From: a bacterium
Lineage (GTDB): Bacteria; Omnitrophota; Gorgyraeia; Aquiviventales; Aquiviventaceae
Direction of reading: 5' to 3'
Assembly (NCBI GenBank): GCA_036396895.1
Contig: DASWKB010000030.1
Location: 1-59,773 of the forward strand
DNA length: 59,773 nt
Positions 1 to 9,237 of this stretch are shown here, in pieces (position 1 is the first letter of the stretch; each line of letters opens with the position of its first letter). The notes under the pieces are model-generated. The model saw only the letters and a list, made by a program, of their open reading frames with translations, made no database searches and had not been told where the DNA came from. Position numbers and translations under genes: made by a program.

Positions 1-1
1 C

Positions 2-802
2 GGCATTCGACTGATCGACGGCACGTTTAAACGGCTGCGGGCGGAGCGCCGCGCGGCGCTGATGCCGTTCATCGTGGCCGGCGATCCGCGCGGCGACGTC
101 ACGCCGGACCTGCTCCTGGCGCTCCAGGAGGGGGGCGCCGATCTCATCGAGCTTGGTATTCCGTTTTCCGATCCGCTGGCTGACGGTCCGGTGATCCAGG
201 CCGCCAGCGCACGAGCGCTCGCGCGGGGGATGACGCCCGCCCGCGCGCTGGCGGCCCTGGCGGCAGCGCGGGGCCGCCTTCGCGTGCCGGTTGTCGTGCT
301 CACGTACTGGAACCCGGTGCTGCAGTTCGGAGGGAATCCTGGGGCGTTCGTGGAGGCGGCGGCGGCCAGCGGAGCCGCGGGCCTGATCGTGCCGGACTTG
401 CCGGTCGAGGAGGGGCGGGCATTCGCGGCCCTGGCCGCGCGGCGCGGCGTCGCGCCGGTCTTCCTGGCCAGCCCGACCAGCACGCCCGAACGGCTCCGGC
501 TCATCGCCGAGCTGTCCCGCGGGTTCATCTACTACGTGTCGGTGACCGGCACGACCGGAGTCAGGCGCCGCCTGCCTGCGGAGCTGGGGACCGGGGTCCG
601 GCGCCTGGCGCGCATGACGAGGACGCCTATCTGCGTCGGGTTCGGCATCGCGACGAGCGCGCAGGCGGCGGCAGTCGCGCGGGCCGCCGACGGCGTGATT
701 GTGGGAAGCGCGTTGGTCGCGCGCCTGGCGCGGACGTCGGGCCGCGCCGCCGCGGGGCGCGCGGCGGCGGACTTTGTGCGCCGGCTGAGACGAGGGGTGT
801 GA
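2..802 (+). CDS. trpA: Tryptophan synthase alpha chain (5' end outside window)
   Basis: Frame is open from position 2 (GIRLIDGTFKRLRAERRAALMPF...). Motifs ELGIPFSDPLADGPVIQ, PDLPVEE, GFIYYVSVTGTTG, VGFGI, ADGVIVGSA. Confidence 0.97.
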   Translation, partial: GIRLIDGTFKRLRAERRAALMPFIVAGDPRGDVTPDLLLALQEGGADLIELGIPFSDPLADGPVIQAASARALARGMTPARALAALAAARGRLRVPVVVLTYWNPVLQFGGNPGAFVEAAAASGAAGLIVPDLPVEEGRAFAALAARRGVAPVFLASPTSTPERLRLIAELSRGFIYYVSVTGTTGVRRRLPAELGTGVRRLARMTRTPICVGFGIATSAQAAAVARAADGVIVGSALVARLARTSGRAAAGRAAADFVRRLRRGV

Positions 803-803
803 C

Positions 804-1877
804 ATGGGACGGCGACCTGCGGTGACATTCGTGATCATGGCGGGCGGACGGGGCGAGCGGCTGTGGCCGCTGGTGCGCCTGCGGCGGCCCAAAGTGTGCG
901 TGGCGCCGGACAAGGTGCACACGCTGCTCGCGGCGACGATTGAGCGGCTCCGTCCGGTGTGGCCGGGCGCGCGCTGGCTGGTCGTCACCACCGACGAACA
1001 GGCCGAGGCAGTGCGCGCGTCGCTGCCGCAGCGGCTGCGCGACGTGCTCCTCATCGAGCCGCAGGTGAAGAATACGGCGGCCGCGATCGCACTGGCGGCG
1101 GTCAACCTGGCCATCCGCGAACCGAACCGGATCATGGTGGTGATGCCCGCGGACCACTGGGTCGATGACGCGCGCGAGTTCCAGCGCAGCGTGCGGGCCG
1201 CGATCGCGGCGGCGTCGAAGCACGACGCCATCGTCACGATCGGGGTCCGGCCGACGCACCCGCATCCCCGGCTGGGCTATCTCTGCGCGGGCGCGCGGGT
1301 GCCGGCCGGGCGGGGGCCCCGGGTGTTCCGGGTCGCGCGATTCATCGAGAAGCCTACCGCCGTGCTGGCGCGCCGGCTCGTCAAGCAGCCGCGCACCTTC
1401 TGGAACACCGGGACCTTCATCGGATCGGCGGACAAGTTTCTCGAATGCCTGACGGAGTGGCTGCCCGAGCACACCCGGCGCCTGGTGCCGCTGGCGCAGG
1501 GCATCGGGAGCCTGGCCTTCGCCCACCGCGCGCGGGTCGCGTACCGGGCGCTCAAGCCGATTTCCTTCGAGTACGGCGTCATGGATTATCTCGACGGCGG
1601 GCTCGTCGTGGAAGGCTGCTACGCCTGGGCGGACCTGGGCACCTGGGAAGCCTGGGCGCATCTCAACCCCGACACGTCGCACATCGTGAGCGTGGACAGC
1701 CGCAACGTGACGGTGGTGAGCCAGGAACCGCACCTGGTCGCGACGGTCGGCGTGAACGACGCGGTCGTGGTGCATACGCCCACGGCGACGCTGATCTGCC
1801 GTCCGGATCTGGCGCACCGCGTGCGGGAGGTGGTCCGGCGCTTGAGCGCGAAGGCGCACCTGGCGCCGTACCGCTGA
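804..1877 (+). CDS. manC: Mannose-1-phosphate guanylyltransferase (no cupin domain)
   Basis: MAGGRGERLWPL, EPQVKNTAAA, PADH, FIEKP, WNTG, WADLGTW. Confidence 0.85.
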   Translation: MGRRPAVTFVIMAGGRGERLWPLVRLRRPKVCVAPDKVHTLLAATIERLRPVWPGARWLVVTTDEQAEAVRASLPQRLRDVLLIEPQVKNTAAAIALAAVNLAIREPNRIMVVMPADHWVDDAREFQRSVRAAIAAASKHDAIVTIGVRPTHPHPRLGYLCAGARVPAGRGPRVFRVARFIEKPTAVLARRLVKQPRTFWNTGTFIGSADKFLECLTEWLPEHTRRLVPLAQGIGSLAFAHRARVAYRALKPISFEYGVMDYLDGGLVVEGCYAWADLGTWEAWAHLNPDTSHIVSVDSRNVTVVSQEPHLVATVGVNDAVVVHTPTATLICRPDLAHRVREVVRRLSAKAHLAPYR

Positions 1878-2335
1878 TGGACCGTTCCCGCGTGCTGGCC
1901 TTGGACCTCGGGTTGCGGAGGATCGGCGTCGCCGTGAGCGACGCGCTCGGCATCGCCGCCGGACGCGCGACGATCCTGGAGCGCCGCGGGGGCCAGCGGG
2001 ACCTCGACGCCGTGGCGGAGCTGGTTGCGGAACAGGCCGCGGGGGAGGTCGTCGTCGGCTGGCCGCTGTCGCTGCGCGGCGGAGAGGGTCTCTCGGCCCA
2101 GCGGGCCAGGAGCTTCGCCGCCCGGCTCAGGCAGCGCGTGAAGGTTCCGGTGCACCTGGTCGATGAGCGCTTGAGCTCGGTCGAGGCCGAGCGCACCCTG
2201 CGGGCCCTGAAGACGCGGCGGGGCGGGGGCGCAACGCGGAGGCGAGCCCCGGTGGATGCCGTAGCCGCGCAGCTGATCCTGCAGCGCTTTCTTGAATCGC
2301 GGCGGACCGAAGCGGATCGGATGGCGGATGACTGA
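1877..2335 (+). CDS. yqgF: YqgF/RuvX pre-16S rRNA nuclease / resolvase-like protein
   Basis: ATG at 1877 overlaps the manC stop. LALDLGLRRIGVAVSD, VVVGWPLSL, DERLSS, VDAVAAQLILQ. Confidence 0.93.
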   Translation: MDRSRVLALDLGLRRIGVAVSDALGIAAGRATILERRGGQRDLDAVAELVAEQAAGEVVVGWPLSLRGGEGLSAQRARSFAARLRQRVKVPVHLVDERLSSVEAERTLRALKTRRGGGATRRRAPVDAVAAQLILQRFLESRRTEADRMADD

Positions 2336-3608
2336 CGAATACGAGCTGACGACTCTGGCGAACGGGGCGCGCGTGCTGGCGCGCCGCATGCCCCAGGCGC
2401 TGTCGGCGTCGCTTGGATTCTGGGTGCGCGCCGGAGGGCGCCACGAGACGCCGGCGCTCTCGGGCGTGTCGCATTTTCTTGAGCACCTCGTCTTCAAGGG
2501 CACCCGGCGGTGGGGCTGCGAGGAGCTCAAGCGGCAGGTCGAAGGCGTCGGCGGAAGCCTGAACGGCTTCACCGATGAAGAGTACACCTGCTACCTGGCG
2601 AAGGTGCCGGCGCGCTACGCCCGGCGCGCGCTCAGCGCGCTGGGGGAAATGGTCTGCCGCCCGCGCCTGGCCCCCAAGGACGTTGAGCGCGAGCGGGACG
2701 TCATCCTCGAAGAGATCCGGATGTACGAGGATGCCCCGGGCCAATACGTCCACGATCTGATGCACGCGCTGTTGTGGCCGAACCACCCGCTCGGCATGCT
2801 GCTCTCGGGAACGATCGACTCGGTGCGGCGCATCAAGCACCGGGATCTCGTGGCGTACTGGCGGCTGATGTACCAGCCGAGAAATCTGCTCGTGACGGCC
2901 GTGGGACAGGTCGAGCCGCGCGCGGTGGCGGCCCAGGCGCGCCGGCTCATGGGGAGGCTCTCGGGGCGCCCCGTGCGCCCGGTCGTGCGCGCGCCGCGCC
3001 CGAAACGCCGGCCGCAGGCGAGGATCTGGAAAAAGCCGACGGAGCAGACGCATCTGTGCCTGGGGCTCTATGCCGTGCCGCGCACGCATCCGGACCGGTT
3101 CGCGCTGGAGATCCTGCACGTCATCCTCGGCGCCAACATGTCCTCCCGGCTGTTCCGCGAGGTCAGGGAGAAGCGGGGACTCGTGTACGAAATCGGCTCT
3201 CAGGTGAAGCGCTATGCGGACACGGGGGCGTTCATGATCTCCGCCGGCTGCGATACCGGCAAGCTGCCCCAGACGCTGAGCACGATCGCGTCGGAACTCG
3301 CCCGCATGCGGATCTCGAGCGTTCCGCGGGCGGAGCTGGCGAGGGCGAAGGAGTACTATGCGGGTCAGCTCATCATGGGGCTGGAGGATACGACGGACCA
3401 TATGCTCTGGGCGGGCGAGCAGGTTGTCACCGTCGGAAGGCCGGCGCGGGCCCAGGCGCTCCTGGCGCACATCGACCGGGTGAGCGCCACGGACGTCCGG
3501 CGCGTGGCGCGGCGGCTGTTCCGGTCCGACCGCGCGCATCTGGCCGTGGTCGGCCCGCTCGCCGAAACCGAGGCGCCCCGCCTGCTCGGGCGCTGCCGCA
3601 TCGGATGA
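2328..3608 (+). CDS. M16 family zinc peptidase (insulinase-like)
   Basis: HFLEH inverted zinc motif, LNGFT..E.T.Y, ERDVILEEIRMYED, SSRLFREVREKRGLVY. Start chosen at ATG 2328. Confidence 0.93.
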   Translation: MTDEYELTTLANGARVLARRMPQALSASLGFWVRAGGRHETPALSGVSHFLEHLVFKGTRRWGCEELKRQVEGVGGSLNGFTDEEYTCYLAKVPARYARRALSALGEMVCRPRLAPKDVERERDVILEEIRMYEDAPGQYVHDLMHALLWPNHPLGMLLSGTIDSVRRIKHRDLVAYWRLMYQPRNLLVTAVGQVEPRAVAAQARRLMGRLSGRPVRPVVRAPRPKRRPQARIWKKPTEQTHLCLGLYAVPRTHPDRFALEILHVILGANMSSRLFREVREKRGLVYEIGSQVKRYADTGAFMISAGCDTGKLPQTLSTIASELARMRISSVPRAELARAKEYYAGQLIMGLEDTTDHMLWAGEQVVTVGRPARAQALLAHIDRVSATDVRRVARRLFRSDRAHLAVVGPLAETEAPRLLGRCRIG

Positions 3609-4258
3609 GCGGAATCCTGGTCTCCCCCAGCCTGCTGGCGTGCGACTTCGGCCGCCTCGCCGAGGAGGTCGAGCGGGTGCAGGACGCCGGGGCGGATTGG
3701 CTCCACGTGGACGTGATGGACGGCCACTTCGTGCCGAACCTCACCATCGGGCCGGTGATCGTCGAGGCGATCCGGCGCGTGAGCCGGATCCCGCTTGACG
3801 TGCACCTGATGGTCGACCATCCTGAGCAGTCCGTGCCGCGGTTTCTCGATGCGGGCGCGTCGTTCGTGACGCTGCACGTGGAGGCCCCCGGAGTGGCGCA
3901 GCCGGCCGCGATGCGCGAGACGCTCGAGATCATCCGCGCCGCGGGCGCGGGAACCGGCCTCTCGGTGCGCCCGCGGACGCCCGTGAAGAGCCTGGAACCG
4001 TACCGCGGACTCACGGACCTCGTGCTGGTCATGAGCGTTGAGCCGGGCTTCGGCGGGCAGGCGTTCATCCCGGAGACGGTGCCGAAGGTCCGGGAGGTCC
4101 GGCGCTGGCATGCGGGCCGCCTGGCGGTGGACGGCGGGATCAACGCGAAGACCGGGGCGCTGATGCGGGAAGCGGGGGCGGATGTCCTGGTCGCGGGCAC
4201 GTACGTGTTCCGGGCCGAGTCGTATCGTGAGGCCATCGTGTCGCTGCGGGGGAGCTGA
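3605..4258 (+). CDS. rpe: Ribulose-phosphate 3-epimerase
   Basis: SPSLLACDF, HVDVMDGHFVPNLT, DVHLMV, VMSVEPGFGGQAF, VDGGIN, VAGT. ATGA overlap with upstream stop. Confidence 0.97.
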   Translation: MSGILVSPSLLACDFGRLAEEVERVQDAGADWLHVDVMDGHFVPNLTIGPVIVEAIRRVSRIPLDVHLMVDHPEQSVPRFLDAGASFVTLHVEAPGVAQPAAMRETLEIIRAAGAGTGLSVRPRTPVKSLEPYRGLTDLVLVMSVEPGFGGQAFIPETVPKVREVRRWHAGRLAVDGGINAKTGALMREAGADVLVAGTYVFRAESYREAIVSLRGS

Positions 4259-5673
4259 TGAGGGTGACGTTCGGGACGGAAGGGTGGCGGGGCATCATCG
4301 CGGAGGAGTTCACGACGGAGCGCCTGCGGATGGTGACGCAGGCGGTCGCCGAGCACGTGCTGTCGCTGAGCACGCCGACGTCCTCCCCCACGCTCGCCGT
4401 CGGCTACGACACGCGCTTCCTGTCCGGACGCTTCGCGCGCACCGTGTGCGAGGTGCTCGCCGGCAACGGCATCGCGGCGGTGGTGAGCGGCACGACGGTG
4501 CCGACCTGCGCGGTCAGCCGGTACGTGGTCCGGCACCGTCTCGCGGCGGGCGTCATGATCACCGCGAGCCATAATCCCGGCGCCTACAACGGGTTCAAGC
4601 TCAAAGAAGCCTACGGCGGTTCCGCGACGACCGAAACCGTCGCCTCCGTCGAGCGGCGTCTCGGCCGCCATCCGGTCAAGCGGGTGCCCTTCGATGACGC
4701 GCGGCGGAACCGCAGCATTCGCGAGGCGGACTTCCTCGGCCCCTATCTGGAGGGCATCCGGCGGTTTCTCGATCTTCGGGCCATCCGGCGGGCGCCGCTG
4801 CGGATCGTGGTGGATTCCATGCACGGCGCCGGCGGTACGATCATCGAGGAGCTGCTCCGGGGCGGGCGCTGCCGCGTGGAGACGCTCCGGGCGGCGCCTG
4901 ATCCGCTCTTCGGCGGGCAGGCGCCGGAGCCGATCGCGTCGCACCTCACGGGGCTGAGCCGGCACGTGCGCCGCCGCCGCGCCCACGTGGGCATCGCCAA
5001 CGACGGCGACGCGGACCGGCTGGGCATCGTGTCCCCCAACGGCACCTGGCTCAATCCGGGGCAGGTGATGTGCATGCTCCTCCTGCATCTGGTGCACGCG
5101 CGCGGCTCGCGCGGCGCGGTCGTCAAGACCGTGTCCAACACGATGATGATCAACCGCCTGACGGACGCGCTCGGCCTCAAGCTCATCGAGGTCCCGGTGG
5201 GGTTCAAGCACATCGCGAAACTGATGCTCGAGCAGGACGTGCTGATCGGGGGCGAGGAGTCCGGCGGGATCGGCATGCGGGGTTATCTTCCCGAACGGGA
5301 TGGGATCGTGAACGGCCTGATGCTGGCGGAGGCGATGGCCGCCCGGAAGCAGACGCCCGCGGCGATGCTGCGCGACCTGGAGCGCCGCTACGGCCGGTGG
5401 GCGTACGGGCGCCGGGACCTCACGCTGCGCCTGGAACAGGTCCAGCGCCTGTTCCGGCGCCTCGAGGAGGCCCCCCCGGGTTCCATGGGCGGCGTGCGGG
5501 TGACGGGCGTGAACCGGCTCGACGGCGTCAAGCTGATCGGCCGCGATGAGAGCTGGATGCTGTTCCGGCGTTCCGGCACCGAACCCATCGTGCGCCTCTA
5601 CGCCGAGACGCCCTCGCCTCGCCGATTGGCCGCGCTCCTGTCGCTGGGCATGCGGCTGGCCACACGGAGCTGA
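4258..5673 (+). CDS. Phosphoglucomutase/phosphomannomutase family protein
   Basis: FGTEGWRG, TASHNP (phospho-Ser), NDGDADR (metal loop), GGEESGG, RRSGTEP. Confidence 0.95.
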   Translation: MRVTFGTEGWRGIIAEEFTTERLRMVTQAVAEHVLSLSTPTSSPTLAVGYDTRFLSGRFARTVCEVLAGNGIAAVVSGTTVPTCAVSRYVVRHRLAAGVMITASHNPGAYNGFKLKEAYGGSATTETVASVERRLGRHPVKRVPFDDARRNRSIREADFLGPYLEGIRRFLDLRAIRRAPLRIVVDSMHGAGGTIIEELLRGGRCRVETLRAAPDPLFGGQAPEPIASHLTGLSRHVRRRRAHVGIANDGDADRLGIVSPNGTWLNPGQVMCMLLLHLVHARGSRGAVVKTVSNTMMINRLTDALGLKLIEVPVGFKHIAKLMLEQDVLIGGEESGGIGMRGYLPERDGIVNGLMLAEAMAARKQTPAAMLRDLERRYGRWAYGRRDLTLRLEQVQRLFRRLEEAPPGSMGGVRVTGVNRLDGVKLIGRDESWMLFRRSGTEPIVRLYAETPSPRRLAALLSLGMRLATRS

Positions 5674-5687
5674 TCCGGCCCCCCCTC

Positions 5688-7481
5688 ATGGAGCAGTCGC
5701 GGATCAGGAACTTCTGCATTGTCGCCCACATCGACCACGGCAAGTCCACGCTGGCTGATCGGCTGCTCCAGTTTACCGGCGCCGTGGAGAGCCGGAAGTT
5801 CCGCGAACAGGTGCTGGATGACATGGACCTGGAGCGGGAGCGGGGCATCACGATCAAGGCCTCGTGCGTCCGGCTGCGGTACCGCGGCGCCGATGGGGCC
5901 GAGTATTTCCTGAACCTCATCGACACGCCGGGCCACGTCGATTTTTGCTTCGAGGTCGCGAAGAGTCTGCAGGCGTGCGAGGGGACCGTCCTCGTCGTCG
6001 ATGCCGGGCAGGGCGTCGAAGCGCAGACCGTGGCGAATTATCAGCTGGCCCGGGACCGGGGACTGGCGATCGTCCCGGTGATCAACAAGATCGATCTTCC
6101 GAACGCGGAACCGGAACGGACGGACCGGGAGATCCGCTCCCTCCTGCAGCAGCCCGGGATCCTGGTGACCCGGGCGAGCGCCAAGGAGGGCCGGGGGATC
6201 GAGGAACTCCTCGAGCGCATCGTGCGCGAGGTGCCGCCGCCGGCGGGGGATCCGGACGCGCCGCTCACGGCGCTCGTCTTCGATTCCACCTACGATGCGT
6301 ACAAGGGCGTCATCGTGTTCGTCCGCGTCAAAGACGGCACGATGCGGCCCGGCGCCGAGATCACGCTGATGAGCTCGGGGGTGCGGTTTGAGATCCAGGA
6401 GCTGGGCATCCTCACGCCCGCCCCCGCCCCGGTGGACGTGCTGCGGGCGGGCGAAGTCGGGTATCTCGCCGCGAACATCCGCAATCCCAAGGAGATCGTG
6501 GCGGGGGACACCGTGACCGCGACCGCCAGGCCGGCGGCGGCGCCGTTGCCGGGATTCCTCCGGATGAAGCCGATGGTCTTCGCGGGGGTCTATCCGGCGA
6601 GCGCGCAGGAACTAGGCACGCTGCGGACGGCGATGGAGAAGTTCGCGCTGACCGACGCGGCGTTCCAGTTCGAGCCGGAGCAGTCCGACGCGCTCGGACA
6701 GGGGTTCCGATGCGGGTTCCTGGGTCTCCTGCACATGGAGATCGTGCAGGAGCGCCTCGAGCGCGAATTCGGCGTGGACCTGGTGCTGACGACTCCCAGC
6801 GTGAGCTATCAGGTGCAGGCGCGTTCGGGGGAGACGATCGAAGTGCGGCGCCCGACGGACCTGCCCGAGCCCGGCGCGATCGCGTCCGTCAAGGAGCCGT
6901 TCGTCCGGGCGGTGATGCTCTGTCCGGCCGAAACGGTCGGCGGCCTGATGGAGCTGGCGATCCAGAAGCGGGGCTCGTACGTGTCGATGGAGTACCTGAG
7001 CGAGACCCGCGTCAAACTGGCGTACGAGCTGCCGCTGTCCGAGATCCTGATCGACTTTTATGACCGGCTGAAATCCCTCACGCGGGGCTACGGCTCGTTC
7101 GACTACGACGTGTTGGGATACCGCCCGGCGAATCTCGTCCGGCTGGACATTCTGCTGAACGGCCAGATCTGTGAGCCACTCTCCTCGATCGTCGAAAAGT
7201 CCCACTCGTACGAGCGGGGGAAGGCGCTGGTCAGCAAGCTCCAGTCGCTCATCCCCCGGCAGCTCTTCGAGGTCAGCGTGCAGGCGGCGATCGGCAGCCA
7301 CGTGATCGCCCGGGAGACCGTCCGCGCGATGGCGAAGCACGTGACGGGCAAGTGCTACGGAGGCGACATCACGCGCAAACGCAAGCTGTGGGAGCGGCAG
7401 CGGGAAGGGAAGCGGCGGATGAAGCAGTTCGGGAGCGTCGAGATCCCGCAGGACGCGTTCCTGGCGGTGCTGAAGATCTGA
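5688..7481 (+). CDS. lepA: Elongation factor 4
   Basis: IRNFCIVAHIDHGKSTLADR, LIDTPGHVDF, NKID, GFRCGFLGLLH, KCYGGDITRKRKL. Confidence 0.99.
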   Translation: MEQSRIRNFCIVAHIDHGKSTLADRLLQFTGAVESRKFREQVLDDMDLERERGITIKASCVRLRYRGADGAEYFLNLIDTPGHVDFCFEVAKSLQACEGTVLVVDAGQGVEAQTVANYQLARDRGLAIVPVINKIDLPNAEPERTDREIRSLLQQPGILVTRASAKEGRGIEELLERIVREVPPPAGDPDAPLTALVFDSTYDAYKGVIVFVRVKDGTMRPGAEITLMSSGVRFEIQELGILTPAPAPVDVLRAGEVGYLAANIRNPKEIVAGDTVTATARPAAAPLPGFLRMKPMVFAGVYPASAQELGTLRTAMEKFALTDAAFQFEPEQSDALGQGFRCGFLGLLHMEIVQERLEREFGVDLVLTTPSVSYQVQARSGETIEVRRPTDLPEPGAIASVKEPFVRAVMLCPAETVGGLMELAIQKRGSYVSMEYLSETRVKLAYELPLSEILIDFYDRLKSLTRGYGSFDYDVLGYRPANLVRLDILLNGQICEPLSSIVEKSHSYERGKALVSKLQSLIPRQLFEVSVQAAIGSHVIARETVRAMAKHVTGKCYGGDITRKRKLWERQREGKRRMKQFGSVEIPQDAFLAVLKI

Positions 7482-8035
7482 TGGGTCCAGCCGGCCCGCG
7501 CCCTGGGAAGTCCGCGCTGCGCGAGAACCTCGAATCGCTCGTCTGGGCGGTCGCGATCGCCCTCGTCATCCGGACGTTTATCGTGGCGCCGTTTAAAATC
7601 CCCTCCGGCTCCATGCGCCCGACGCTCATCGAGGGCGACCGCATCCTCGTCAGCAAGTTCCTGTACCGGTTCCGGGAGCCGCGGCGCGGTGAGGTCATCG
7701 TGTTCCGCTATCCCGAAGACCGGAAGCGGCCCTTCATCAAGCGGCTGATCGGCCTCGGCGGAGACCGCGTCGAGATTCTGGACGGCGGCGTCTGGATCAA
7801 CGGCAGCCCGCTCGATGCGCCCCCGGTGGTGGGGGACACCCGGTATGAGAATCAGGGGCGCTACGGCCGGTCCGGGGAGGACGTCGAAGTGCCGCCGGAG
7901 TCGTTCTTCGTGCTGGGGGACAATTCGCGCTCCTCGCACGACAGCCGGTTCTGGGGATTCGTGCCGGAATCGATGCTGATCGGGAAGGCGATCTGCATCT
8001 TCTGGCCGCCCAACCGTATACGACTCATTCAATAA
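7481..8035 (+). CDS. lepB: Signal peptidase I
   Basis: IPSGSMRPTL (catalytic Ser), FIKRLIG (catalytic Lys), GDNSRSSHDSRFWG. Directly follows lepA. Confidence 0.96.
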   Translation: MGPAGPRPGKSALRENLESLVWAVAIALVIRTFIVAPFKIPSGSMRPTLIEGDRILVSKFLYRFREPRRGEVIVFRYPEDRKRPFIKRLIGLGGDRVEILDGGVWINGSPLDAPPVVGDTRYENQGRYGRSGEDVEVPPESFFVLGDNSRSSHDSRFWGFVPESMLIGKAICIFWPPNRIRLIQ

Positions 8036-8048
8036 CAGTGGATCAGTC

Positions 8049-8140
8049 GGATGCTGGATGGGAACCGGACCTCGGCAAACGAGAAGCTGGAAGCTGGAAT
8101 GCGCTCCGCATCATTCCAGCTTCCAGCATCCAGGTTCCCG
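8049..8140. repeat. Inverted heptamer array (GAAGCTG type)
   Basis: gctggaagctggaatg (8086-8101) is the exact reverse complement of cattccagcttccagc (8112-8127). Outer pieces ggatgctgga/tccagcatcc and gggaacc/ggttccc. Confidence 0.85.
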
Positions 8141-8178
8141 AATCCGGCCAGATTCGGCCGCGCCAGGGGACCGGGTCA

Positions 8179-8207
8179 TTGCGCGGAGACGAGGAGCGTG
8201 CTAGACT
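8179..8207 (+). promoter_or_regulatory. Putative sigma70 promoter for the lipoprotein-pgsA-der-plsY unit
   Basis: TTGCGC (8179-84), 17 nt, TAGACT (8202-07) with extended -10 TG. A 5'-UTR hairpin (ggatga 8213-18 / tcatcc 8243-48) precedes SD GGAGGAGG. Confidence 0.55.
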
Positions 8208-8268
8208 ACCACGGATGAGTTGAGCCGGCTGGAACCGGCCGATCATCCACAGCGGAGGAGGGCACACG

Positions 8269-8655
8269 ATGAAACGAGCGCTCGGCACGGTTGCGGCGGT
8301 CGGGCTGACAGCCGTCGCCATGGGGCTGGCCGGATGCGAGTCCATGGGCACCGCGGCGCAGTCCAAGACGGTTCAGGGCGGAGTCCTCGGCGGCGCGCTC
8401 GGCGCGGCCACGGGGGCGGTGATCGGGCATCAGACAGGCCGCGCGGGCGAAGGCGCCGCGATCGGCGCGGGTCTCGGTGCCGTCGGCGGCAGTCTGGTCG
8501 GCCACGGCATGAGCGAGCAGGAGCGCCGGCTGCAGCAGCAGCAGACGCCGCAGGCGACCGCCGGCACCAAGTTCTGCCCCGTGGGCGGAGAGCTGTACAG
8601 CGAGGACATCAAGTACTGTCCGAAGCACGGGGTCGAGCTTCGCGTCAAAGAATAA
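8269..8655 (+). CDS. Glycine-zipper lipoprotein with C-terminal Cys/His motif
   Basis: Lipobox LAGC; GGVLGGALGAATGAVIG...GAAIGAGLGAVGGSLVG zipper; tail FCPVGGELYSEDIKYCPKHG; strong SD. Confidence 0.8.
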   Translation: MKRALGTVAAVGLTAVAMGLAGCESMGTAAQSKTVQGGVLGGALGAATGAVIGHQTGRAGEGAAIGAGLGAVGGSLVGHGMSEQERRLQQQQTPQATAGTKFCPVGGELYSEDIKYCPKHGVELRVKE

Positions 8656-8683
8656 GAGCCGGAGCTGATCCGCCGCGCGGGCG

Positions 8684-9226
8684 ATGAGCCTCCCCAACAA
8701 GCTCTCCGTCCTGCGCATTCTCCTGGTTCCCGGGGTGGTGGCGTCGCTCGTGTATTACCATCCCTCCCGTGACTGGCTGCGGTGGGTCGCGTTTGCGCTG
8801 TTCGCCGCCGGCATGGTGTCCGACGCGCTCGACGGCATGCTCGCCAGAGCGCGCCGCGAGCACTCGGAGCTGGGCGCGTTGCTCGATCCGATCGCGGACA
8901 AGCTGCTGATCCTCGCCACGCTGATCAGCTGCGCCGCCATCGAGGGGCTGCCGGCGTCGATGCGGGTGCCCGCCTGGTTCAATCTCATCGTCATCAGCCG
9001 GGACGTCATCCTGGTGACGGGCGTGCTGCTGCTCTTCGCGATCCAGGGCCGCTGGCGCGTCGCGCCGACGCGGCTCGGCAAATGGACCACCGGAGTCCAA
9101 ATGCTCGTCATTCCCACCGTCCTGCTCGGCCTGCCGGTCAAAACGCCCCTCATCGCGGCCGCCAGCGTGCTGACCGTGTGTTCGGGGATCAGCTATGTGC
9201 GGCTCGGGCTGCGCATGCTTGACTGA
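8684..9226 (+). CDS. CDP-alcohol phosphatidyltransferase (PgsA family)
   Basis: SDALDGMLAR...GALLDPIADK signature; hydrophobic segments. Confidence 0.92.
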   Translation: MSLPNKLSVLRILLVPGVVASLVYYHPSRDWLRWVAFALFAAGMVSDALDGMLARARREHSELGALLDPIADKLLILATLISCAAIEGLPASMRVPAWFNLIVISRDVILVTGVLLLFAIQGRWRVAPTRLGKWTTGVQMLVIPTVLLGLPVKTPLIAAASVLTVCSGISYVRLGLRMLD

Positions 9227-9237
9227 TCGTCCGGCCC

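Noticed and set aside
804-1877. Divergent residues in ManC (SFEYGVMD for the usual SIDYAVME)
   Set aside because: Conservative swaps with all other motifs intact; not enough to claim altered function.
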